Source: Balanoglossus misakiensis (taxonomy: Eukaryota; Animalia; Hemichordata). Taken from it: DNA of 64,000 nucleotides. Shown here one piece after another: positions 1 through 10,766 of the stretch. The stretch covers positions 13,323,337 to 13,387,336 of the forward strand of contig CM082584.2 of assembly GCA_040954595.2 (NCBI GenBank). The letters run 5' to 3'. The notes under the pieces were generated by a model. It saw nothing but the letters and a program-made list of their open reading frames with translations. It had not been told where the DNA came from and did no database searches. Position 1 is the first letter of the stretch. Each line of letters starts with the position of its first letter. A program made the translations under genes and the position numbers.

Positions 1-28
1 TTCATTAGTTGATATCAAACGGATGATT

Positions 29-3000
29 TCAGCGGGCAGTTCTTACTGGTGGCATTTGGTTTGGCTGCAGCGGCACCGCCTGCGCATGCCCACTCAACGG
101 CAGTTGATTATTTGCAATCTGTTCGCCTTGGTTCATCAGTTCTGGGTGTGTATCTATGGTTTTGTAGCCGACGGCTTGCATCATGTCGATGCAAGGGACT
201 ATGTACTGAATTATCTGCAAAGCGTCGAATGTAAGTTTGTACTTCCAGCTGTCAAATTTAACCCCCGTCGTTCCATTTCTCGTTAATTCCAACACCGAAT
301 TCTCCATGGGGATGTCAAGAAATTGGTAGAGTCGCGCAGGATATGTCACGTGGTTTGACTCTAAGTCTTCAAAACGGACTATTTTGTATCGACTTTTGTA
401 AGTGTCAGACAGTGTGTGCATTGAGACGATGTTGTGCACCCAGGTTCGGCAATACTCGGTGACGGCAGTCTGAGTCTTCAAGTCGAGGTCAAGCATGTCA
501 TATTTGACTTTGATGCCGTGTTGAGCTTCAAGAAGTGACACAGCTACAGCTCTCGGGTCTTGGACTAAGTGGATCACTTTGACCCTGGGATCTTTCATCA
601 ATAAAACGACATATTTGATATCGTGCATGTAGTTTGTCCTGACGCCGACATACGTAGCCGCTTTACACTCCTCCGATATCATTCCACCGTCAACTTCTTT
701 GCAGCCGACAAAATCGGACGCAGGACTCTCGTTCGCCCTCCAACAATACCTATCGTTCACCAGCGACCGCATCTGTACCAGTCTTTGGGACAAACCGAGT
801 TTTGAATAGCTATCGGTGAAACACTCCAAATTGGGAGACTGGAAGTCGCACCGGAGGATGTCGAAGAGCATGTCGGCAAGTCTCGTGGAAAATACACTTT
901 CAGCTGGAGATAGCAGCTCCAGACACTGGCGCAAAGCCACGCCTGGTTCGACCACATAGAAGAATTTGTCGTTCTGTCCGAATATTCCGTCAAGAAGCCA
1001 TGGGTGAAAGTGCGGGGATGTCAAGATGAGTACTTTAAGACGTCCATCAGTTATAACCTCTTGTTCATCCGTCAACTCTTCTGGTTCAGCAAATTCTGGC
1101 GTTTCTCCGACGCCATGTTGCTCGACAGCTTCGTCGATGTTGATGTTCCCTGCCACCTCTTCCGGTTCTAAAGATTCTTGAACCCCTGGATGAACATCTG
1201 GGTTCACCTGGATCTGCGTGTTGTTGTCTAAAAGACTTTGCATCGGTTGCTGGTATGTTTCTGGTGCTTGCTCTTGGAGCAAATCAGTCTCCACCGGTGA
1301 CTGGAATTTTAAGCCATCGAACTGTACGCTAACATTCTGTTCTGGGCTAATATCAGTGGTTTGTTCGCCGAGATTTGGTGGTGCATATAGTGCAGTTTCG
1401 TCCTGAGGGGACGAATCTGGGAAGGGTGTTTTTTCATCGGAAGCTGGTATAATGTATTCATTTTCGGTGATAATTCCTTCGGGGACAATCTCATCAGACG
1501 CCACTTCGTTTACAGATACGTCATCACCTTCTTCAGAAAAACTACTTTCACTTTCCGAATCCGAGGTGGCGTCAGATTCGGTCATGTCCAGCCAGTCTTC
1601 CAAATCGTTGATGAAGACGGACGAAGAATCTTCAGACGACACCGATTCCTGCTCTTCCTCGGCCACTGAGCTCAGACTCTCCACCAACGCATCCTCGCCG
1701 TCTCCTTCACTCAGACTTTCTGATTCGTCAGTAGCGCTGCTTCCGCCTGCTATTTCAGATTCACTTTCTTCAACCACTTCAGTACTTCCTCCCAAAGCCT
1801 CAGCGTCTTCAGAGCTTCCACCCAAATCCTGCGATTCCAGCGGTAAATTGACATTGAATTCATCACTGGCCTGGTTAGAGCTGCCATCGACGTTGCTTTC
1901 ACTCGATTCACCTTCTCCAATTCTTGCATTTTCAGAATCAGGTTCTTGCAGGTCGTCTTTGTCGCTACTTCCAACCAATTCTTCATTGAAATCTTCCACT
2001 TCTTCCCCAGTATTTGTTCCAACTTCCTGTGGCCATTCACCGAGACTGTCTTCGTTGTTTTCCGATTCTGAGTTGTAAGTTTCAGTTTCCTTCAGATTCT
2101 CTTCAAAGAGCAATGGCGGTTCCTCGTCACCTTCTTCCACTGTTTCCGTCTCATCTGCTGATGAGGTTACATCACTCTCATAAACGTTATTCTCAGTGAA
2201 CTGTTCGTCCAACTGTTCAGATTCTCCGGGAACATTTTGTTCAAATCCCTCCAGCAAAACGTCATCATTCTTCCCCGGTTCTAGATTATACCTTTCAGTT
2301 CCCTGCGATAGATTGTCATCAAACACCAGCGGCAAGCCATCGTAGTTCTGTCCCTCAATACCTGACGACTTCGGCTCGCTGATCCCGCCATTTGCGTCCA
2401 AATTGTTTTGCTCCAAAGTCTCCGGCGCCCCTTGATCTACCTCATTTGCGTTTTCATAAAAATCTCCACCGTCCACGGTTTCCTGTGGGGAAAGCTCCCC
2501 AGATAACACCATTGTATTCTGAATTTCTTCCTCGGTCGCATCGTCTGGTTCGTAACTGTCTGTCTCAAACTTGGGTTCTTCCGACTCGCTATCATCGTTG
2601 CCGCCAATCTCCTCATCTGCGTCACTAACCATATTCTCGCCTGATTTGCTGCGGTCCTCTCCATCAGATCGATCGCCATTGTCGTAGCTATCCATTTCTA
2701 CATCTCTGTCACTCTGACCCGCTATATCTCCCTCCAAGTTGCTGCTCTGGATCGAATCGGGCAAATTTTGACTGCTCTCAATGTCGTCGTCATCCATGAT
2801 GATATCTGAACTTCCCCCCGTCGCCGGAACCTGAGAAGTCGGCACGGGTGAATTGTACGAGAACTGGTCCTCTTCATCCTCGTCCACTGCCAGGTCAGCA
2901 TCAACGCCCTTGAATCTATCAGACGTGTCAAACAAAAAATGTTTCACTTCTTCGTACTTATTCTGTATATTGTCCGGAGCTTGCGCATCCACACTCTCCT

Positions 3001-3169
3001 GCGCACTTCCTTTCGGCATCGGTTGGTGCATGTTTTGGACGTTTCTGTAGTATGTCCCGCAGATGACCGTCAAAACGACGGCTACAAGCAGGAAACATAG
3101 CACCTTCGACTTCCCTCTGCGCGCCATACTCGACGCTTTACTGGACCCATCCACTGTATCAATAATCAT
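29..3169 (-). CDS. Intronless type II membrane carbohydrate (Gal/GlcNAc) 6-O-sulfotransferase-like protein (CHST1/3/5 family) with very long acidic stem; probably catalytically degenerate
   Basis: Single ORF. First ATG at 3169 (MIIDTV) or 3127 (MARRGKSK); the track start at 3223 is a TTG. Basic N-terminus followed by signal-anchor TM VLCFLLVAVVLTVICGTYY, then a D/E/S-rich stem. C-terminal ~300 aa carry family motifs FFYVVEP, LRCDF, KVIHLVQDPRAV and YKIVRFEDL. Confidence 0.85.
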   Translation of the reverse strand: MIIDTVDGSSKASSMARRGKSKVLCFLLVAVVLTVICGTYYRNVQNMHQPMPKGSAQESVDAQAPDNIQNKYEEVKHFLFDTSDRFKGVDADLAVDEDEEDQFSYNSPVPTSQVPATGGSSDIIMDDDDIESSQNLPDSIQSSNLEGDIAGQSDRDVEMDSYDNGDRSDGEDRSKSGENMVSDADEEIGGNDDSESEEPKFETDSYEPDDATEEEIQNTMVLSGELSPQETVDGGDFYENANEVDQGAPETLEQNNLDANGGISEPKSSGIEGQNYDGLPLVFDDNLSQGTERYNLEPGKNDDVLLEGFEQNVPGESEQLDEQFTENNVYESDVTSSADETETVEEGDEEPPLLFEENLKETETYNSESENNEDSLGEWPQEVGTNTGEEVEDFNEELVGSSDKDDLQEPDSENARIGEGESSESNVDGSSNQASDEFNVNLPLESQDLGGSSEDAEALGGSTEVVEESESEIAGGSSATDESESLSEGDGEDALVESLSSVAEEEQESVSSEDSSSVFINDLEDWLDMTESDATSDSESESSFSEEGDDVSVNEVASDEIVPEGIITENEYIIPASDEKTPFPDSSPQDETALYAPPNLGEQTTDISPEQNVSVQFDGLKFQSPVETDLLQEQAPETYQQPMQSLLDNNTQIQVNPDVHPGVQESLEPEEVAGNINIDEAVEQHGVGETPEFAEPEELTDEQEVITDGRLKVLILTSPHFHPWLLDGIFGQNDKFFYVVEPGVALRQCLELLSPAESVFSTRLADMLFDILRCDFQSPNLECFTDSYSKLGLSQRLVQMRSLVNDRYCWRANESPASDFVGCKEVDGGMISEECKAATYVGVRTNYMHDIKYVVLLMKDPRVKVIHLVQDPRAVAVSLLEAQHGIKVKYDMLDLDLKTQTAVTEYCRTWVHNIVSMHTLSDTYKSRYKIVRFEDLESNHVTYPARLYQFLDIPMENSVLELTRNGTTGVKFDSWKYKLTFDALQIIQYIVPCIDMMQAVGYKTIDTHPELMNQGEQIANNQLPLSGHAQAVPLQPNQMPPVRTAR

Positions 3170-3714
3170 CGTGTATGACGATCGAGGATATTTTTGTTCT
3201 CTGTCGTAAAAATATATGTGCAAACTGAATGGGCACAGTCGCTCAGTTGCGAACCTGCCACGTTGTGACTGTTATTACTTTGTTTAGTCACAGCTGACGC
3301 ATTGATCAGTCATACAGATTTAAAAATGCAAAAAAGGAAAATACGGATTTATGCATCGAGGGCAAACACGCACGTATTCTATCGGAAGGCAACCAACCAA
3401 CTGCAACCGGCCGACCGATTGATTGACCAGACACTCACAATAATCAATAATACAATGTTTATTTTCGGAGATCCACTGTAATATACCTTGATCGTGTAGT
3501 TGTAATTTTGAATATTAAGCTTTGTTTTAAATGTTTATATTCGGCTGTAATCTGTATGCCATGTGGAATATATTTCATTTTTTACGATTCAATGATTCGT
3601 TGCTATGACAACTGTTCAGGATGAACACATGCCGTTATCTTGCGACGGAGGATGTCAACTTTTGAAACCTGCTTGTTGACGGGCTTTCAACTTCACTCCC
3701 AGTTGGACTAAACA

Positions 3715-6578
3715 TTACAGCTTTGACTGGGTTCCTGGTACGCTTGGAACCCTGTCAAAATGAAAGTCGGGTACGTAGTTGGGATCAGTCAAGGCTTCTC
3801 GGTCCAGATTGAACTCGTCTATCGGATATTGCGTCCGACCATCGATGGCCAGTTCGCTGAGGATTTTACCAAACAAACCATAAAACCTGGGAGAGAGATG
3901 ATATTAAGATGTTAGACTTGAATTTTTGAGAGTAATACTCGTGCAAGAAGTTCATCACCACTCAGTTTAACTTCATGGCAACCGGATTGTACACTCTATC
4001 GAGGTATCACATATAAGTATAGGCTGTACTCACTTGCCCGCATGCCCAGCACCGCAACATAGAACGATCTGTGGGTAGCCGTGCTTGTCGAGTGTATCGA
4101 TGATGAACTTACGATCTGGAGTCATATCGTACAGGCATGTTTTCGTATACAGAATAGGACCCACAGCCTTCGGAATAGTTTCTTTCAGGAATTCCAACAC
4201 TTTCTCCTCTCTCTCGTGATCTGGTTCACACGGCAGCGAGTCTGGGTGAATTGGCTTTCCACTTGCAGACATTCCAGCTTTCACACCGGTGTTGCCATGC
4301 ATTGGGAAAATGTAGAAGTGTTGCTTGGGAGTTAAGTAGGAACAGCATGGAAAACTGAAAGGGGAAAATTATACGTATGTACAATATGAATACATTCCGT
4401 GTTAAGGGATTTAGCAGCCTCGTGATGAATTGTACTTGGTGTCGATTGCGAAATGAACTGTACTTACCGTTGTACGGTGAAATCTTTGACATGAGGCGTG
4501 GCCACAAACGTTGCTTGCTCTTGTGTCACTGTGATTGGCAGTTTCAAGTTCAGAGAATCTAACACCTGGTTAGTCCATCCCCCGGAGGCGATGATGACAC
4601 GACGACCACGGAATGTACCTTTGGTTGTGTGCACCTTGAAAGCGAATGCAAAAACTGGATGACATTACGACACAAATATACTGTTGAAATTATTCATGAC
4701 TAGATAGAAGCGTAATAATCTTCACGTATGTAGCCCATGTATGTAAGTATGTGTGCAATAAGACAGGAGGAAGAATCAATATTTCTCACCAAAACATGTA
4801 CCCCGTCGCTGTCCTTCTCAAAACGGAGAACGCAACATTTCTCTTCGATGGTGGCTCCACGTGCACGTGCTAATTGTATGTGCACGGCGTGTGTAACTGC
4901 AGCACTCAGAACGCCGGCTTTCTTGGTGTAGAGTGCTACAACATTTGGGTGCAGTTTCAACTGTGGGAAGCGTCGCTGTATTTCATCACTGTTTAGCATT
5001 TCATACCTGATGGAGGAAAGAACCGCTATCATCAGATCGTGCTCTGTCCGAGAGTTTTTTCAATACTTAAGAGATTGGTCTACACATGTACCAGTCTGCA
5101 GGGTCTCTTTACCCAATATTTTCGCATTTATCTAACCGTAGTGATCTTTACCTAAAATGGATGCCCTTGGTATCTCACGCACCCCGACTCATCGAGGTTC
5201 AGGAAAACTGAGGCATACGAGATTCTCGACCAACTGGTCGTATATTTGCCCTTACCAAAGGTTTTCCTTGGCCATGGCATGTTGGTAGGCAGCCAACACC
5301 TTGCTTCTTTCCTCATCTTTTCTGGCCATCAGTAACCGTCCTGTGTCGTGTATCAGTTTAATTCCAGACTCTCTCTCGACCTCTTCGATTGTCGTGAAGG
5401 CGTCTCCGACGAGTTTCAGGTAACATTCTTCAGAGTAGTCTGTCCGTCTGTTCCAGACAAAAAAGTTTGTTGGGAGACTGGGGATCAGCAATTGACTATA
5501 AAGTATTTATTTTTAGCTAGCATGTAGGTGCGTTAATTCGCTCATTTTAGCATGTTATTAGATGCCACCACTCACAAACTTTTCTCTATATTGATTGTAC
5601 AGGCACTTCACATGGTCATTCAGGTAAGCTTACATGTATTAAAACTCACATAAACCTGGAGTGATCCTGGGAGCCACCATGGTCGTGTCCCAACTCAAAC
5701 CGCTCTATACCAAGTACATCTGCAGATGGATAAAGTTCGATGATTATGGAGTAGGATATATACTATAATTTTATTTATGAAACCTTAGTTTCCATTGAAC
5801 AGTTATATTAAGAAACAGGGAATCTGACTAAATTGTATTTATATATTAAACCTTGTCTTGTATGTACTGTAGGATTACAAATCTTGCTCTACCAGTAAAC
5901 CGTGGCTACGTAGACGAAAGCGACCTTGAGAAATTATTGAATTTCAGAGGAAAGGCAAGGGTCATAAACTTATCAAAACTCAAACAATAATGTCACGGGA
6001 CACGGGTCACTGACGGGTGAACAATTTGCACGTAACAAGCTTGCCAGGAAGGCGATTTCTTCAAAGATGCAGAGACTAGTTGTGAAGTCTAGCTGCAAAG
6101 CTGGATCGGTGACGTAGCTGAATGCTACAAGTTGATGATGTGGTTGTGACGTGTGTAACTCATTGGTGGTGGTGGTGGTGGTGGTGGTGGTGGTGGTGGT
6201 GGTGGTGGTGGTGGTGGTGGTGGTGACCGCCCAGTGACCTAATACAAACCACAATATCGCCTCACTGCACAGCTTTGTCTCTGCAGCTATATATGCAGAG
6301 GCTCAGATGCTGCGAGGTACACATTCAGATACGAGTCGAGGATCTGCTAATAGCTGCGAAATATGCCTGCAATGAATGTTACGTCTGCGAGCAGTGTTTG
6401 CGGCCGACTAGAATTTCTGGTCGAGACAATCACTTCCAAGTGTGCTGGATGCATGCTCTAGATCTCGCTCGTTAAAATACAGTATACCTTTTCCAGCTCT
6501 CCTTGACAACCAGTATACAGCACCGCTGCCAATACCACCACAACCAACCACGATATACTCAAAATTCCGTCTGCTCAT
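3715..6578 (-). CDS. Peroxisomal sarcosine/L-pipecolate oxidase-family flavoprotein (monomeric sarcosine oxidase-like), 7 coding exons
   Basis: Exons approx. 6488-6578, 5650-5719, 5256-5447, 4789-5006, 4469-4634, 4034-4344, 3715-3886, with GT-AG introns. Motifs: FAD-binding YIVVGCGGIG, ERFELGHDHGGSQDHSRFIR, KTCLYDMTPD (Cys at the covalent-FAD position), GAGHAGKF. C-terminus ...PGTQSKL* (PTS1). Confidence 0.9.
5991..6428. mobile_element. Possible solo LTR or inserted element in oxidase intron 1
   Basis: GC-richer segment beginning TGTCACG and ending CGAGACA (imperfect TG...CA terminal inverted repeat). Flanks ATAA/ATCA match 3 of 4. Internal TATATA at ~6289. Confidence 0.3.
6164..6225. repeat. 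(TGG)20 trinucleotide microsatellite in intron 1 of the oxidase gene
   Basis: Perfect TGG run read directly from the sequence. Confidence 0.97.
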
Positions 6579-8023
6579 GGTGCTGTGTCCGCTCACTTCT
6601 TCCAAGTCAAAGAAAGACAGCACCGCCTCTCAAGCGTCCTGACTTTTAAAGGTTGCTGTGACCTTCAGGGTCATTTAATGGCCTGATTTGGCCATGTTAT
6701 TGAAACTTTATGTATATGCATAGCGGGTAATCAAATAAAAGGAGAACAAACCCACATATATCAAACATTGAAGTTTGAAAAATTCTGATATATTTAGTGT
6801 AATAAATTTACTTTAATGGTATGGTCTTCCCGAGGAATTTCATTTTCTTTTCGCTGTTAAAATTAATCAAATAATGTAATTCATAATTGCTGTAGTTTCT
6901 TACAAGAAAAAACTTTAACGCGATAAAATGTATCTTATACTGTATGCCTACTAGAACACGGTAAACATAAATATTGTGTGATTTGGCCTCACTGTGACAG
7001 GTGCCAAATTACAGAAGGTGAAAATACTTGCATCATTCTCATGCATCATTCTGTCAAAATGTAAAAGAAGGAGGTGTATACACCACTTCATACACTAATA
7101 AATCTATCACACTGCCAACATTCAATACAACCATAAATATGTGTTCATATCAGTGACCTTTTTGTCATTGTTTTTCAGTCATATACTGTGAAAGCAATCC
7201 ATTTTAATCGGGCATTCAGTGGAAAGGTTATGCCTTGTGTTTTTGTTTACTTCTTGTAATATCTGTCCCCCTAATCTGCTGAAATTGTAAGAACTTAGCC
7301 AAGTTAACATTCGAATTGAAGACTGACCAATGAAAGCTCGTTGCTGATTGGTTCAAGTCACCTGGTCCACCTGGACCGTCATCCGGGCATTTTCGTAAAG
7401 GATTGCCACGTTGCTGCACTTGCACGAAGCCTGCGTTTTGCGGATGCGGAAAATTCAGCCATCGACAGAGTTTCTACAGTTTATTTTGCTGTGAAGGCGG
7501 CGGTAAGTAAAGTCACAGAAGCAGACACAATTTCTCAATTATTGATCAGACACATGGGTTATGTTGTGGCGAGTTACGGACAACTAAATAACTCCGACGT
7601 TTGTCCGACGAGCACTGAAAAAAGGACAGTGACACAGCTCGAGTCAATGCTTCCATGTGCTTTGTTCCATACTTTCGCGATAATCAACTTGAGATGCACG
7701 TTTTTAGACTAGTCTGTGTTGAAAGCCATGGCATATACAGATGTCTGACAATGTCAGAATTTATTTTGCGAAGCATTGAAAAGCACACACAAAAAATATA
7801 CAATTGCAATCTGTGTCTTCATGTGGTTCCGTCAAACTGACGCTGAAAAGGTTTATATAATCATCAACAGTACTATCTGCCTCAGTAAATAGTCGCATTG
7901 ACTAGGAAGTGCTGTACTCATAATTCAACTTTTATCATGAGTGTATATGTACAATGTTCGGTTGTTTTTTCATGATCTTTATTGTCCATGAAGTAGTCTG
8001 TTCACGGGTTGTGATAAAGGTTT

Positions 8024-8818
8024 TCATGTCTCGTCTTTATTCTGGTTGATTTTCTCTTTAAATTCTTCCAGTCTTGCTCTCTGTGGAGTAAGCAGAAATA
8101 GCTTCATGTCGCATATGTTATTATACAATGATAGGTGTTGTAATAGTGGCTGTTAAGTCATTGTGAAGGTGTGTGACACTTTTCCTTTTTCATGAGGCCA
8201 CAGAAGTGAAAACTCTGTGATTGACAGATTGGTTGGATTTCTGGTTGTTATGGTTACTTTGGCCTCTTTGCACTGTGTTAAGTGACCATGAGCCTATGGT
8301 CCTCGAATAATGAGGTAACTTTGTTGATACCAACCTGTGCTAAATCTTCTGGTGGGAACAAGTATCTCTGAAAAGAAAAACAAAAACACATACGGTTATT
8401 TCTTGTTTGAACTGGTAAATGACATTGTGTCAAATTCAATATTGGTATGACGTGGAGCATGTGAGGCCCGGCTATGGGTCCACATCGCTCCTGCTGTCAT
8501 TTCTGTATGCTTGTCAGTAAAAGTTAGCCTTACAGACATAAAGAACGTGTCAATTACTTAGTTTTAATGACAACAATCAAGATGTACCCACCCTTCGTTT
8601 TGAAATGTAGTCTTCAAACCATTCTGGTTGATTAAAATAAAAGAACACTCCGACAGGAAAGAATACATACATGGTCATCTGTTTAGAAAAGAGAAATTAT
8701 TAAAGTAAAAGCAATTACTAGTAGTTGATTCACATGTGATTGGTTGGCTACCAACGTAACTGGCCTACGTGCAGTGCGAACCACTTACCCGTGCAATTTC
8801 AAGCTTCCAACCTCCCAT
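8024..8818 (-). CDS. PET100: PET100 cytochrome c oxidase assembly chaperone, 4 exons (not captured as one ORF in the track)
   Basis: Spliced translation MGGWKLEIAR|MTMYVFFPVGVFFYFNQPEWFEDYISKRR|RYLFPPEDLAQ|RARLEEFKEKINQNKDET*. This fits the PET100 pattern MGxKLE..R M..Y..FPV..F...NQ.EWFE....R..PPE. Canonical splice sites. Confidence 0.88.
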
Positions 8819-9223
8819 CTTGCTGTTGAGTGTGTAAATTAAACTTTTGATTTTCACAATATACAGTCCAAATAAATATCCCGTTCACAATACACGCAGT
8901 AGAACGTAGGTTTCAGAGAATCGGACTACATAACGTGTCGTCTGCCATTGACCTTGTGATGACCTCTGTGCGTCCGAATCGGAAACTACATAGTACACGG
9001 ATTCGTCGAGAAAAGATTTCGTAAAAGCTTTTCGAAAATCTTGGGTTTAAGTTTTTATTAAATCACCAAACAGATATGTAACATATAGATTATTTTTTAA
9101 CTTAACGGAAGAAGAAGAGTTAGCTAGAAAACTAACTTAAAAACCCTGCATCGATTTCAACGAATGCACAGTCTATTTATCGAGACACTGCTCATACGTA
9201 ACTCGGTGTTTTTCTGGCCAGAG
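8819..9223. promoter_or_regulatory. Bidirectional promoter and 5' UTRs between PET100 and ISCA1
   Basis: Divergent ATGs are 405 bp apart. CpG-containing interval with two (G/A)ACTACAT motifs at ~8925 and ~8984. Confidence 0.65.
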
Positions 9224-10106
9224 ATGGCTGCGTTATCGGCGACTGTTCGAGCTGTTGGCAGGAAAAGACAGATTCCTCGGCGAGCTGCCCTTGTTTTGGT
9301 AAGATATTTCTTAAATTAACTTTCGTAGATTACACTTATAGACCGTAGTGGTAATTTTGATTGCACAATGCATTTTTGTTGACGTTCAACGGTTCAAGAA
9401 CGCCGGGTCAAGTTGCATAAGACTCGATGACCTTTCGAATTTTCCAATCGAACACCATTTGTGTATGACTCGATCCCACACGTCCCCGTGGTGGGGATTC
9501 GTCTTTGCAGGAGCCATATTTTGGATGATTTTACATGGGTCTGTTTTCCTTTTCATAGACACAGGCAGCCGTCGGTAAAATTCAGTCACTGATGGAGACT
9601 AAACCGGAAGCCATTGCTCTCAAAGTGGGTGTCAAAACAAGAGGCTGTAATGGGCTCTCATATACGTTAGACTTTGCCAAAGAGAAGCAAAAGTTTGATG
9701 AAGAAGTTTTACAAGACGGTAAGTCATGATTGTAGACTACTATTGATTTTTTTTATCTGTGAATCTCCATGTTTAAGTTTCCCCCAAATCAGTAAATTGT
9801 ATTGTAGATACATGTGTAATGTTAGCAATCAGCAACTTTGATGTTTTGTGCAATACAGCAAACCAATTAGGTGAACAATGATATTCGAACCAGAGTCCAA
9901 TGTCAAGATGTTCAGTTCAAGATAATATAACAAATGTCTACTTTTTTTCTTTCCTAGGTGTACGGGTACTCATAGACTCCAAAGCTCAGCTATCGCTTCT
10001 AGGGACAGAAATGGACTATGTACAAAATAAACTTAGTAGTGAATTTGTTTTTAATAATCCCAACATCAAAGGAACATGTGGATGTGGAGAAAGTTTCAAC
10101 ATCTGA
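9224..10106 (+). CDS. ISCA1: Iron-sulfur cluster assembly 1 homolog, mitochondrial, 3 exons
   Basis: Exons approx. 9224-9298, 9559-9718, 9959-10106. Translation MAALSATVRAVGRKRQIPRRAALVLT...GVKTRGCNGLSYTL...LLGTEMDYVQNKLSSEFVFNNPNIKGTCGCGESFNI*, containing the HesB/IscA signature. Confidence 0.96.
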
Positions 10107-10748
10107 CCTCTGTGGTTTTCAGTGTGAAGTCTGAGTTACTGCATGGATATTTACAAGCATTCTTTGAATTGTGTGTCTTGAAGACAGACAAAATGGTTAC
10201 GTTTACCTCTGGAAAACCACAAATAGTTGCAAAAGCAAGATTAAGAACAGATTGTATTTGTGTACTGGTAAGAAAGTGACAATAAACGGGTACCTGTGAT
10301 CTGTGGAAATATTCACAAGCAAAGTCATTGATCAGTTTCTGTGGTAACTTCGTTTTTGGTCAGTTGTGTCACCTAATCATTGTCATTTTTTGAAAATATT
10401 AAACATGTCTGATATTAAAAAGTATGTGAAGTTTACTTTTAAAATTAAATGCCAGGAAATGTATTTTAGACTGATGATTTTCATGTGCATGCACATTTTG
10501 TATTTTTTTTTTTAAGAAATGAAATTGGAACTTGTTTATTCACTAAATCCTGCAAGCGTACAAAATTGGAATGTTATTACATGCACTGGTGATAGTCATG
10601 CAAGTCTTGTTGCTGTGAACTGTTCTAGTATTACTTTGAATTATATGGCAAATACTGGCTAGGCGTGTTGTATGGAATTTCTTTTAGTCAGATTCATTGG
10701 CCTTTTTGCCAGCTCAACCTGTGCATTATGTACATTTTGTAAATTTAA

Positions 10749-10766
10749 CAATAAATGTATTTATTG
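10749..10766. terminator. Back-to-back poly(A) signals for convergent ISCA1 (+) and R3HDM4 (-)
   Basis: CAATAAAT-GT-ATTTATTG: AATAAA at 10750-10755 on + and AATAAA on - at 10760-10765. Confidence 0.5.

Noticed and set aside
1452-2078. 208-aa Ser-rich + strand ORF and other ORFs antisense to the long acidic exons (also 59856-60335 and 62850-63401)
   Set aside because: Shadow frames of Glu/Asp-biased coding sequence on the opposite strand.
5973-6254. 93-aa ORF with a poly-Thr run
   Set aside because: Artefact of the (TGG)n microsatellite inside an intron; non-ATG start.
7728-7892. ATG-GCA-TAT-ACA-GAT-GTC-TGA-CAA-TGT read-through frame as a possible selenoprotein
   Set aside because: No recognisable selenoprotein homology and no SECIS identified downstream; likely chance.
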